This document shows, in pieces, positions 36,288-48,813 of a stretch of DNA of 64,000 nt. Both the position numbers and the translations under genes were made by a program. The first letter of the stretch is position 1; every line of letters begins with the position of its first letter. The stretch comes from Camelus dromedarius (taxonomy: Eukaryota): the NCBI RefSeq assembly GCF_036321535.1, contig NC_087436.1:7254001-7318000 (forward strand). Direction: 5' to 3'. The notes beneath the pieces are model-generated. The model did not search any database and was not told the DNA's origin. It saw only the letters and a program-made list of their open reading frames with translations.

Positions 36288-38152
36288 CAACAAATCTCTG
36301 ACCCTCATCTTCATTTAGTGTTTCCTAAGAAGGTAAGGCACATTTAGTGTTGAAGAATAGGTGAGGCAACAAGGCAGGGAAATAAATAAAGAGGAGTGGG
36401 TGATGGTAGAGATTAAGGACCTTATTAGAAGAAGCTGATAGAAAGCTTGGTAACCTCGAGATTAATTTCTGAATGGAATTAGACTGCATCAAAATGCCAA
36501 CTAAGTATTTAGCACACTATCCCTACATCTTCTTTTACTTTCTTAAGCAACCAAAATTAGAATCTGGGGTGGCTACAGGACATGTCAGAACATTCTATAA
36601 GCGATGTAGTTTACCTTCCCTTTCAGACTGTGGTATCAGGATCCACAACATTGTATGATATTTTGTGCCTATTATCCCTTTAAATGATGCTAAAGTGAAT
36701 TCACTAATTTTTGATCTGAAAACACTGTAATTAATTCAGAATGTGAAAGGTTAGTTTGGAAATAAGGTATGATACAAAGGGGATGGCAGGCACCCTGCCG
36801 GGGAGCAGATTGGCTCTGATCTTTTGCAATCCAAGTGAGAGGCTGTTGTTCTGTTATGGATGAAAAGTCTCATTATCTCAAAGATAATTGCCCAGATGCC
36901 ATACCAGTGAGGTCACACAAAACAGGGCTGTGGTTTCTGAACCAAATACTCGAGCTAATTAACAGTTAAAGGTATAAGGAACTATTTTTAATGTACTGTA
37001 GAGAACAGCCAATAAATATTTCCTTTAACTCAAAGGTTTAACCATTCCTGGAGACTGGATGGAGCTCTGTCATGAATTTGCAATCATTAGGAAGAAAGAA
37101 AAAAATATTTTTTTCAATTCTAGAATGTAGTTACGTATTTTCTATGTTGCTTAAGATTTGTTGGACATTTCTCCAAGCGTGCAAATACTTTTGTTTACCT
37201 TTTAAAAGAAAGCTATGCAGCATAAGAGGATAAGTAGAAGTAAAGTATTTTAATGTCTTTCGATTCTACTCTACATTTTTAAGCTACGCTTTTAGGTTTC
37301 AAGGTTTGTAAATACGGTTGAAATGTTGAAGCTCTAGACATTGAAATTTTCTGGAAAATATGCTTAAAGAAAAATACAATGCAGTAGGTAGAGGCAGGGC
37401 TGGAGAAAATCATAACAAATCAGAATCTGACCTCTTAGTTCCGTCTCTGACTCTTCCAAGTAAATGCTATGCTTGCTTGGTTTTCGAATTGCATCATCTC
37501 ATAATGACTCTGCAGGTGGTGATATCTGAATTGAAATTGAATTTTTATAGTTAGTCACAAGGTCTTTTTGTCCATTAAAAAAAAAAAACTGCTAGCACTT
37601 TCAAAACTAAGCAAATTGAATATGGATTGTATGATTTGTATGTGATAAAGACCAAGGCTGACCATTTCCTTAATTGTGTGTATAATTCGTCCTGTGCCAT
37701 TTTTGCAGAAATTTGTGAAGTAACCAGTTAAGAGCAGTGATAGCTACAGTGAGAACCAAGTATGAAATTCTGAGCATCGGCAAGTAGACATGAAGGGAAA
37801 ATTCTCATAAGGTCTGGCGTGGGATATGGAATAAACTGGAACACAGAATAAGATTAAGTTAGCATCATAGAACCAACCAGTGAAAGAACAGTTTCCAAAC
37901 AAGAATGGGAACTTTTCCTTCAAGCTGAGACTGGCTGAAGGTTTCATCGATTCTTCCTTTGTGAGGTGGCTTAGAACTTTGGTACTGGAATCATAGGGGA
38001 TTTGTGTTGTTTATGTACATTAACTAATTGTAGATGATTTTAAAAAATACTGTGTATTTAGTTATCAGCCACATTTGGGTTGTTTTGGGGGAAGAGATTT
38101 CATGTAATGACTATCTCCTGTGCCCAACCACTGTCTCTTCTTTTGGATGAGG

Positions 38153-38803
38153 TGATGCAGGAAAAATGGATCTGGGGCATGAGAAGGGCCGTGTCCCAGG
38201 CCTGGGTTGAGTCCGTGGGATGTGCCCCGCCAAGGGTGGGTCCTTGGCTTCACGCAGGAAAGAATTCAAGAGTGAATCACAGTTGAGTAAAGGCAGATTT
38301 ATTTAGAGAGATACATACTGCATAGACTGTAGGCTGTTTCAAAAGATAAGAGGAAAGGCCACGAGGTGTGGGGATTGGGTGCTCAGATGAGAGTAAATGT
38401 AGGTACACACTCCACAGACAGAGTGCGGGCTGTCTCCGAAGAGGAGGGAGAGAGAGAGGCTGTGCGGGGCAGTGTTGCCAGTTTTTAAGGGCTTCGTATC
38501 TTCATATACTAATAAGTAGAAGGACCAGTCTAACCACCCTGGGAAAGGGGCTGGGATTCCAGGAAGCTGGCCATTTCCCACTCTCTGACCTTTTGCGGGC
38601 AGCCTTGGGACTGCCATGGTGCCTGTGGGAATGTTATTCACCTTGGCTGATATGTTACAGTGAGCATAAAATGAAGCTCAAGGAAGTCAAACCTCCTACT
38701 ATTTTGAGCCTCAAGGCCTATTGGGGGTTGAATTCTCAGCCATCCTGATGTTAATTGTTGTGCTGTTCCTTGAATGGCTGTGCCCTGCCCACTTCCTGTC
38801 TCA
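38153..38803 (-). mobile_element. MER41-like ERV1 solo LTR (third copy of the C/D family)
   Basis: tgatgcag...tgtctca; perfect TSD gagg (38149-38152, 38804-38807). Confidence 0.9.
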
Positions 38804-39145
38804 GAGGGACCCCACCTGCCAGACACAGGGAGTCAGTAACAGTGCTTTATTCTCCTGGGCACAGAGCTTGATTCAGGGGTGTGTCCAGCTGGGTAGTATT
38901 TTGGATGCAAACAATAGAGAATTATGCATTTCATCTCTTTTATGGGCTGTAAGCTTTTCCCTAAGAGGTGCCTCCAGCAACATCACCTTTCACAAGGGAA
39001 GAGCCTGAGATGATGAAACTGATGCCCAGGGGTGGGCGAGCGCAAGACAGCCTTGACACTTTTTAAGTTTCTGGCTCTAGTCCTGGAGGACCTCAGGGCT
39101 CCCTGCTTTCCTATGTCACTTCTCATCCTGTGGCTACCACAGGAG

Positions 39146-39665
39146 TGGCGGGGTTCAGGGCACATTGCCCCAAAGTATGATACATACATACTTGGCATAT
39201 TGAATATTTCAAGCTGAAAGAACTTGAGAAATGACAAGTGGAGGAAGGACTTTCTGACCTTTCGCTGAAGCAGGTCATAAAACACTCCTGTGAGAGGTGC
39301 CCTTCCTATGCCTGGAGGAGAGAAGCATCCTTATCTCTGACAAAGAGAAGGAACTCAGCGAGGGATCTGAAGCAGCAGACCTTGAGCCTGTTGGTACTAA
39401 CACAGCTCCCCTTCGTCCTATCATGTCTTTCCATGACTCTCCACTCTTTATCAAGCCTGGCATAAGATCACTCATGTTTAACCATTTCTTCAGGTCTTCA
39501 TTTCCTTATGAGGACTCTCATGTCATGCAAAACTTACATTAAAGAAATTTGTATTCTTTTCTCATATATGGAATAAATTTGGATGCTGTTCATCCGTCTT
39601 TGGTTACAGGATTCCCAGTGGAGGACTAAAAAAGACAAAGGAAAGGATATTTTTCCTCCCATAAA
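39146..39665 (+). mobile_element. MER34-like ERV1 solo LTR
   Basis: ggggttcagggcacattgccccaaagtatg...ttggcatattgaatatttcaagctgaa...ttttcctccc; TSD ggag (39142-39145, 39666-39669). Confidence 0.75.
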
Positions 39666-39714
39666 GGAGATTTTAAATCTTCCCCTCCCTCTATTTTAAA
39701 AATGAGTTTGTCAA

Positions 39715-39868
39715 GGGGGAAGGGTGTAGCTCAGTGGTGCGTGTGTGCTTAGCATGCATGAGGTCCTGGGTTCAATCCCCAGTACCTCCATTAAAAAAAA
39801 ATTAAATAAAAATAAATAAATCAATCTAATTACCTCCGCTGCCTAAAAAAAAAACAACAAACTCTTAA
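39715..39868 (+). mobile_element. Vic-1-like tRNA-Ala-derived SINE
   Basis: gggggaagggtgtagctcagtgg...cttagcatgc...gggttcaatccccagtacctcca plus A-rich tail; TSD aaaaatga(g/a)tttgtc at 39698-39712 and 39869-39883. Confidence 0.9.
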
Positions 39869-39956
39869 AAAAATGAATTTGTCGTGGTTTCTGTCAATGG
39901 CAGTATTCTAAGGCAAATTGCTCAATGTCTTATTTCACTAAAGAGATAAGCCCTAT

Positions 39957-40441
39957 TGAAGGGGAGCAGAATATACCACCCTAAAATATGCCACATTGGC
40001 ATGTGGATTATTGTGAGCTGAAGGCAATTAAGACCCAGCAGACTCAGGAAGAGTTTTTACTTCCCCCTTAACTGCCTAAAAGAATTTAGATAGAAATCCA
40101 GTACCAGGAAGATAACCATCACCAGAGTTAGCTTCTTATATCAGAAAGACTCACCTGTGTGGCAAGACAAGCATGTTTACCAAATTTTGCCCTTCTCATC
40201 TTCCTAAGAATTCTCTTCTTCCATTTTGAAGCCCCAGACCCCTGCCCTTTCTTGCCTCAGCTCAGGATGGCATATAAGCTGCAGTTGCTGACTACCACTG
40301 AGTCTCAGGTCTCTGAGGGGGTCCCCTATGTACATTATTAAATTTGTTTTCCTCCTGTTAATATGTCTTATGTCAATTTAATTATTAGAAACCAGCCAGA
40401 GGACCTAGATGGGAAGAAGGGAAAAGTTTTCCTCCCCAAGC
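39957..40441 (+). mobile_element. MER34-like ERV1 solo LTR (second subfamily)
   Basis: tgaaggggagcagaatataccaccctaaaatatgcc...gcatataagc...aaaagttttcctcccc; TSD ctat/ctgt. Confidence 0.75.
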
Positions 40442-41009
40442 CTGTTCAAGGGGGATCTCTCAACCTGTTGCACCTTATCTGCACCTGGAACCATCCTTGC
40501 TTTCTGCCTTCTTGAATCAGAGGAAGAAGGGTCCCTTCTCACACATGACGGCCTCGGTCCTGTGTCAAAACCTTCACATGCTTTTTCTTCTGCTCAGGAT
40601 GCTGTCCTCCACCCACTTCCTTTCATCTCCGGCTCCCCAGAGGAGTCTGAATCTCTGAACTGAAGAGCATCCTCCCCGTATTATCTTCTTACTACTTATA
40701 GCTCCATCCTCATCATCACGCTCATCCCAATTGTGATTATGTTTTCACTTTGGAGCTAACATCTTGCCTGTGGCCGTGGAAACCCCATGAGGGCAAGGAC
40801 CATGATTCATGTTATTCTAGCCACTAGCTCATTTTGAAATGCATAGAATACATCAATGAACAAAAAAATTCCTTTTTGCTCTTACTAAAGATAATTACCT
40901 AATCAGAGTGAGCCTCTACCAACAATTATAATCATGATTCTATTCTTAAAATGGGCAAATCAGAGGAAAAGTACTCATGGGACTGATTTCACTTGGGTGA
41001 CTGTCAAGT

Positions 41010-41890
41010 TGCCCTTGTCTCCCATCCTGGCAAACAGAACTTGGACATTTTCCAGATGCCAGGCATCCATTTGCTTGGGGAAGGAGAGTGGTCGCTCTTC
41101 AGCACCACGTGTCATTCTGATTAGCAGAAAACAACCCTGGTAGTTCTATTCCCTTTGCCAACGACTCAGAAATGAGCATGGCTGGGGAGGGCTGCTGGCC
41201 AACTCTGTGGAAGTTTCCCTCTCTGTTAAGAAAGGAGGTCCAAGGTGTTAAAAAATGGTTAAAGAAGATATTTTAGGGGCTACAAACAACTTTTGCTCAA
41301 CACTTCATGAAGTGAGCAGTCTCCATTCAGAGGACTGCAAAATGGGGTGGAAGGCAGGAAGCTTTTATAGAATGAAGGATAAAGGGCAAGGAAGAGAAAA
41401 ATAGAAAATATCTTATTGGCTGGGGCCACACAGTCGACCTTGTTTGGGGTGAGAAAGAAGAGGAAATAAGTATGCAGCCCAGAGTAGGGTTAGTGTCTGA
41501 GCATTGGCTGATGGGATATGCTGCCCTTCTCATCAAGTGGAGCATTTACAGGGACATAAAAATTATTTAAGTTTCATTTTGCTGATGTGGCACCTTGGGT
41601 GGGAGTGGCTTCATCTTGACCCTAGAAAGTTATTTCAGCAAAGGAAAGGCACTACTCTTTTCTGGATTTCAAAGGTTGTTGACTGGAGATATGATGTCTA
41701 GACCTTCTGAAATCATTTTGGGGCTTTGACATGACAAGAGGGGAAATATGAAAAAAAAAAATAACAGAACCATCCACCCTCAAAAACACGCTGCCTCCAA
41801 TTTCTTGTTAGGTAAAATAATACAATGTATTTAATTTAAAAAGGAATTTTAAAAGATCTTCTGTTACTTCAGGTCCAAACTGCTACTCTT
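41010..41890 (+). mobile_element. Old MaLR LTR (MLT1J/K-like) interrupted by an ERV1 LTR
   Basis: ctattccctttgccaa...gagatatgatgtctaga...ttctgttacttc pattern on both sides of the insert. Confidence 0.5.
41246..41640 (-). mobile_element. ERV1-type solo LTR
   Basis: tgttaa...ttcagca; perfect TSD aagg (41242-41245, 41641-41644); TATA (ttttatag) and CCAAT (attgg) on minus. Confidence 0.8.
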
Positions 41891-42834
41891 ATAGAATGGT
41901 TTCTTAATAAGGGACATAACTGGGAAGTGATACATTTATAGTGATAGAATTATAAATTTATATTTTGTTACAAAAAGAGTAGCAAATAAAGCCTTAATCA
42001 ATCATCAGATACTGATGAGATATTTAGTTACTTTTGACTGGATTGAAAAAAGTGTCCTCAGATGCTAATGGTGTGTGGAGAAGTTCTGATCACTATTATA
42101 GGCAATATACATTAAAAGGGATTTTCAATGAGGTAGTGCAATTTAAGTTAATGCTTTTCCCCCACCTATTCTTTTTCCTAATGCAAAATGAGTGCCTACT
42201 TCAGGAACACTGGAGAATTGAAATGACTGCTGTAATAGTTCTCAAACCCAAATATCTTCGAGGAAGAACTTTTTTTTTTTCCTTAACAATTATGTCTAAT
42301 TATACTTAGGGAATAAAGAGGTTCTTAGTATTTATGAGTCAATAAATGTTCTTTCTGTTTTCCAGCTACGTTTTCTGTCTCAGAGTTCAGTTAAACAGAG
42401 GGAAGAAATCTATGTATTATTGAGTTGAAAAACTTTTAGAATTTTTAATTAAAAAAGGCTTTACATTATGAAAAAAAAAAAAGAAAACCTGCAAATGACA
42501 TAAAAATCCAAACAATGGTAAAACCATATACAGAAAGAATCTTTCTCCCAACTTAGAACACAGCCTCATTCCCCATTGACCATGATTCATATTTATTTTT
42601 CCACCTCAAGTCTCTTTTGAATAGCTTGGATGGATGAATGAGCAGATTATGCCACGTATTGAATGTACATTGAATATTTATTGAGTACTTCCTATGTGTC
42701 AAGCACTATGCTTGGCTGCACTGGAAATGCAGTTATGAAAAAGGCCACTAAAGAATCTTCCCTCAATGAGGGCAAGTAGGGAAAGAGGGACAGCGATGAA
42801 ACAAGCATCTTCCTAAAGGGGAGAAGCAGTAAGG

Positions 42835-43445
42835 TAAAACCAAGCAGGACCCTGAGGGGCCCTCCCGGGTATGAGTTCTTCCCATGTCTCCCATTTCCTG
42901 TTTGTAGGAAATAGGCTTCATGCAGCCTCCTTGACCTTCCCTGAGTTCCAAGGGCAGAATCAAACAGATGCTAATCAGGGAAGGGAGGGAAGGCAGAGAC
43001 AAGAGAGGAGCAGTCAAGAAACAGTAGTTCAGTGATAAAGCAGAGTCCTGGTTCCTCCTCAAGAAATACACAGGACAATACCTGTGCATATTCTGCAGGA
43101 ACTAAGGCTCCCACCGAGGTAGAGGATGGTGACTTCAGGCTGAGCACAAGTTTCTTGGAGCATGACCCTGTGACCTCACCAACTCCAATCAGAAAAAAAC
43201 TCTGAACACAGTGGAAGATACCAGACTCTGACCCCTCCCCAAATGACTAACTGCAACGAGTCCCTTTCTCCCTTTAAAAACTTCCATGGTTGAGAAGAAT
43301 CTTCAGAGCTGGCTCTCGGACACAGGTCCACCTTCTCCCCAGGTTGCTGGCTTCCTGAATAAAGCAATCTTTCCTTTCCAAGCAACACTTGCTTCTTGAG
43401 TATTGGCTTTCAAGCATTAGGCAGGTGAACCTGGGTTTAGTAACA
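42835..43445 (+). mobile_element. ERV1 solo LTR inserted in an L2 relic (~42620-43560)
   Basis: t(a)aaaccaagcaggaccctg...gaataaagc...tttagtaaca; perfect TSD aagg (42831-42834, 43446-43449); L2 3' motif atttattgagtacttcctatgtgtcaagcact upstream. Confidence 0.85.
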
Positions 43446-45049
43446 AAGGTAGAAGAAGGACAGGGTGCCGGTGAACAGCAGCAGCGGATCCCAAGTTCAC
43501 CCAGAGGGCTGTAAAGGGCCCTTCTAGGAAAATTATATGTACAACTAAGACCTGGGGAAGGGAGGCAATTGCTTTACCAGATTCTTTCAGCTATTTTAGG
43601 CTACTGGAGGCAGAAATAATGCTCTGTTTCCGTATCCAGTTTAAGTAGTTCCTGCATTTCCACACTTACTTCTGTCAGCTATATCTGAGCACATTTAGCA
43701 TTATTAGGCTCTGAAAGAAATCAGTTTCTTTTTTAAGGCTTAAGCTTTCAGAAGTGAAAATTCTTACTTTGGGGTTAAAAATAAATTGTCCCTCAAAAGC
43801 TAAAATCCAGGTAGATAAACACATGTGTGACTTCTCAAATATGAGGAAATAACACAAAACGCGGCCAAATGAACTCTAACTACACTATGAAGGGTTTCGA
43901 TCGCACGTTATCGAGAACTTCCAGGAAGAAGTTCTTGAATTATCTGTTTAATGTTATCGAAAGCCTACCGTGTGTGGGGGATTTAGGATGTGTCGTCCAT
44001 CTCTCATTATTCTTTGGCGGATGAGAATCTTACCGGCTGTCATGGAATGCTGGTTGGACTCGGGCTGTTAGAGAGCAAGGTCTAGATGTTTTTGCCATGA
44101 AATTCAAGAGCGATCCCAGGAGCGCTGGGTGTTGGGTTGAAGAGAAATATAATTACGATGGTGCTTAAGGGCTTTGTTCCGATGGTGATGTGTATTGGGT
44201 TGTAAGTTTTAGGAAATAACTCAGGTAAGGAACACCTGTTTACTGGCAGAGAACTTCCTGTTACCTCCACGGCCACAGTCTTTGTTCAGGCACTTACTGT
44301 TTCTCGTGGGGATTGCTTCAGTAAATGCCTATCTGGTTTGCCTTCCTTTGAGCTTGTCCTTCTTGAATATATATTCCACTCTGGAGCCCAGCTGACCTTT
44401 CACAAGGGCGGATCTGACCAGGACACTGTCCTGCTCAAGAATCCCCAATCCATTGCCCTGAGGATTACAGTCAGCTTCACAAACACAGTGCATTATCCTT
44501 TGACTCTTCTTTCTTTTCAAATTTTTTATTTCACTGTTGATTTACACTGAACTTTTTACTTAGCCAGGTGAGTTACATACTTCTAGTTCCATGGAGAACA
44601 GAAGCATCCGTAGGTCTGTCCTTCTGTTTTTCCACTTGGCTGACATCACCTCCCTGTTGTCTGTGTCTCCATCAACAGCTGCTTGCAGTGTTACCTTCCA
44701 GGCTGAGCCTTTCTCTGTTTCTGTTCTATTCTCCACAACCCTTTGTTCACAGGTCTTGTGGGATGCTAGCCTCAAAGGGTGGGTTCTCTTCTAATACACC
44801 ACAAATTCTTTGAGGTCGGGGACTGGGTCTTATTCATCTTTATAGAAGAAGAGATTTGCATAATTTCTGGAAAATGGAAGGCAAATGAAGCTTCTTAGAA
44901 ATAAGTTTTATTTTTGACATTGTTCATCTGGTTAATGCATTGGGAAAATAACCTGCTTTCTTGCATTTGTTTGCTTCTGTTTGAAAGTATACTTTTCCTA
45001 ACCTTGTTACGAAAAGTTCTGAGGTCCATACTTGAGGAATACAGTCAAA

Positions 45050-45270
45050 TACAGCAGAGTGTAAATGGTACAGTTCACTGGTTGAGAAGACGGTCATTGG
45101 AGGCAGAACGCTTGTTTTTGAATCTTGAATATTGAATTTGTTAACTGTGTGACTTTGAATAAAAAAACGTATCTTACATCTTGGTTTTCCCATCTGTGAA
45201 ATAAGAGTGCCTGTCACACAGGGTTGTTGGAAGATCAATTGGCATAATCCTTGTTAAACACAAAGGGTAT
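45050..45270 (+). mobile_element. MIR relic
   Basis: ctgtgtgactttgaa...ttttcccatctgtgaaat...cacagggttgttggaagatcaa. Confidence 0.65.
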
Positions 45271-45701
45271 CTGGAGGAGAGCAAGCATTTAATAAAGGTT
45301 AGGCATTACTATTCTGAGGATCTGCCTTTTTTGTCCTGGGGTCTGCTGGCAGTCTCTGGTACTAGAGGGAAGCATAAGGCTGGTGCTAAGTACCAAGAGC
45401 CAGAGCATCGAAAGAAGATAAATGCGTGAGTCCTTCTCATCAAGTTCTTCAAATTGCAAAGTAAAGATTAGTAGTTCCCATAAGGAAGGGAGAGACAAAA
45501 TACCTTAAGCATCAAAGTGCTCTTGCCTATAAGCATCTGTTGCTGGGAGAAATAGTCCCATTAAAGTAACTTTATCATACTAAAAAGGCTTCTAGTATGA
45601 ACAGGGTAGAGCATTGTATATTTTAAAATAGTATTTATTTTATTATTAATAAATAATAATATTAATATTAAAATAAGAGGAGGAGAAATCTTCAGTGAGA
45701 A

Positions 45702-45920
45702 CAGAGGTTTTCGCCCTTGGCACTGCTGACCTCTCCAAATGGGTCCCTCTTGGCTGTAGGGGGACTTGCCATTGTAGGACTTCCAGCAGCTCTTCTGTTC
45801 TTTACCTACTGAATGTATATAGCTCATCCCGAGTTGTGAAAACCGAAAATGTTCCCAGACATTGCCAAATGACTCCTGGGGGTGCAAAATTGCTCCCTCG
45901 CTCCCATTTGAGAACCACTG
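45702..45920 (-). mobile_element. MER20-like hAT element
   Basis: aaaatgttcccagacattgccaaatg...gggggtgcaaaattgctcc...ttgagaaccactg. Confidence 0.8.
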
Positions 45921-48813
45921 AGCTGGGGGAATTTGGGAAAACTTGGTCTGGATATGCTGGGAACTGTGGTGTGAAGTCAGACCAACAGCGGAGGTAATTT
46001 CCAAAAGAGTGGCAAAGATCAGAAGAGGCTTTGGAAATTCACTTTTGAGAAATCCTTAAAAATCGGATTGATCTTTATCTGCCTAAATGAAGCAGGTGTC
46101 GAGTTTGAGGGAGGAATGGATTCCCAGGGTTTCTTACGAACACTCGCCACTCCAAGAAGGTGACAAATCACCGGACATATTCTCAATGTATCAAAAGACT
46201 AAACACGAACGGTAGGCATGAAGGGCAAAACAGGGCTTCTGACCCCAGGGAGCTTGCTTGTGATCAACTCTTTACAGGGGGAGGTTATATTTTGTGACAA
46301 GACACAGTAAACAGCTCTAAAGGGTTAGATATGACTATTAAACTAACAACGCAAGACAATAAGAAAGGCATTTTTGTAAGATCACTAACAAAATTTTCAG
46401 GAATTTTGGGAAGGAGGGAATCTTTTCAGGCTCTGTGGTAGAGGAGGGCTTTCCCTGGAGCCTTGAAAATGGGTGGGATTTAGATGAAAAAATGGCAGGC
46501 ATTTCAGGCCAGTAAGTCCTGAACAAGAGATGGAGACAGAACTGAACAGGGTTAGGGGTTAGCAGAGAAAAATCTGGGCTAGAGTTGAGGGTTTGGTAAA
46601 AACTAGGAGATGGAGCTAAAGAGATACTTGAGTTCTGATTGTTGAAGGCTGTGCATTTTCATTGATGCGAACACTAGTAAAACGTTGTTTGGGGACTTTA
46701 GCACAACGCTTCTGACTGTCATCTGCCATGAGCTACCTCAGGGGCACTGGCCAGGACTCCAGGGACGGACTGCCTGCTGTCTTAGTCTTGGACACTTGGC
46801 TTTCTCCGTGTGCTTCTTTTGGTCCTGTGTTCTCTTCTCTGAAACTGTGGCTTTCAGAGAACCATGTCTCCCCAACATGTGAAAAAAAGTTTGAATTTCC
46901 AAGGCCTTCTCCTTCCTTTGTTTTCTCAGATTCCTATTGCTCTGGTTATGTGGGTTGTGATAAAGATATCCTCTTTTCTTAACAGCACCCAAGGATTCTG
47001 AGTTACTTTTGGAATCCCAGCAACAAGTAGAAGAAAAAAATCGAATCAACAAATAATGAAATAATACTAAAATTTAACCACATCCTCCCCTGGCAACCAA
47101 AATCCTCTCTCTTTCTCTCAAATTTAAGTCCAGGTAATTCTCTTCCACTCCAAAAAGCTGAAGACAATGCCAAATTGAAAAATAAGAAAACACACGTACA
47201 GGAGTATATTTAAAAAAAACTTGCATAAGTTTTCTGTCCTTGTCATCATTTGAACCCGGAGTTCTAAAAAGCACACTCTTCTAGCTCCAAATATTTTCAT
47301 ATCCAGTGTTTTTTCATTTGAAATGCTGAAATGGATTCTTATATTTCCATAGGGGTAAAATGGACCATGCGTGGAAACCTGTGGCTGCGTCTGTGTGTGA
47401 CTGTCCTTGACAAAAACAGAGAGACAGAGAAGGAAAGATGAAGTACTTCCGTAGCTAGAGAACAACTCATGCCCGGAGGTACGCTGAGGTCTCTTAATTG
47501 AAAACTGCAGCAATTCTGCTGATAATTTAGGCTCGAAATTTCACATCCTTGGATTCAATTTCTAGCTAGTAAAAAGGTGTCTCATGTACAGTAATATTCA
47601 AATCTTGATGGCCTGTGCTCCATTTTCTTGAAAGAGAAGGAAATCAGTCTTTTCCTCCCAGGAAATCTGCCTCCCTAAATGCTAAAAATACATCCTCTTC
47701 TGTGTTGTCAAATGGTGTCTGTGTTCCATCAACTGAGGATCTCGGTAACTTCATTTTCCTGCGGGAGGTGGGGCCCCCGGAAGGAAGGAAGAGTCTCACA
47801 TTTGTTTCGGAACCGGAATCTGCAGGGCCGCCTTCCATCTGCTGGGCTGCCCCTGCTGGTCTCCGAGGTCTCCTTCTGCGCTGACCGCCTCCACGCGGCA
47901 GCCTGCCGACCCCTGCCCACACGGCTGCTCGCTCTGCTGGGCTGCGGACTTCCAGGACCGTTCACTGCTGCTGCTGACTTGCTCTGGGCCACCCGCTTTC
48001 ATCCACTGCAGACGACAGCCTGCCCCACTGCTCAGCACCCCTGGACCACTAACCCCTGCCATTCTTCTCCCTCTCTGGTCAGCAGGAAAGCGCCTACTGC
48101 CTCTCACGACCAGCCCTTAGACAAAGCATTCCCTAGGGGTGTCCAGTATCCTGAACACAGCATGATGCTCATTCTTGATTATTTCCTTCCTTAAGGAATA
48201 AACTCATTTTCTCTCTCAGAGCTTATTTTTCCTAGAGGAGCTCCAATTTATCAGACACATCAGCCCGGGTCAAAACTCCTACCCATTTAATTCCTGCTTT
48301 TCATCCTCTACCCCTCATCCCGACGTTAACTGATGAAGATCAGCTTTCAAGAATGCTCCACAATTGGAGATAGTTAATTTTCCACCAAATGGTCTGATAT
48401 TTGGGAACACCGTCTGCACAAGCACACGAAGGAGCTCTAGGGACAGTTCTGCTACATTCCGAGGCTGTCTGACTCAGGTGAGATAAGCAGCTGCAAGGGC
48501 GGAAAGAGCTTATGGGAGGGATTACGTTTTACATGCTCTCGGTCTCTGTAGCTCACACTTTATTCTTTCAAACAATTAAACTATTGCTGGGTAGTTAATA
48601 ATCCCAAAAGTTTATTCTTAAGGTACTTGCAATGGTAGGGGTATAACAGCTTATCTACTTACCTAAGTTCTTTTCCAGCTCTGGAGTTGATAGGGTAATA
48701 TGTGACAAGCGATGTGATACAGGTGATGGATGGAAAATGTAGAGATCATCCACCTAAATGTCTTGACCAAGGACCACGTTCATGACAAGCTCTCTGTAAC
48801 TGTTGGTGGATGA

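Noticed and set aside
39715..39793. tRNA-Ala(AGC) gene
   Set aside because: The head is followed by the SINE tail and flanked by a 15-bp TSD, so it is a SINE copy.
39146..40441. Two-LTR provirus remnant
   Set aside because: The two MER34-like LTRs differ substantially, each has its own TSD, and no PBS, PPT or internal sequence is evident between them.
21368..43089. Repeated short peptides (LRRNQDSAL..., HSHSRN.TAINTKMVEDSTPSR) as a small gene family
   Set aside because: These are translations of homologous LTR copies, not coding sequence.
43869..44024. ~51-codon ORF MNSNYTMKGFDR...
   Set aside because: Short, no recognisable homology and no expression evidence.
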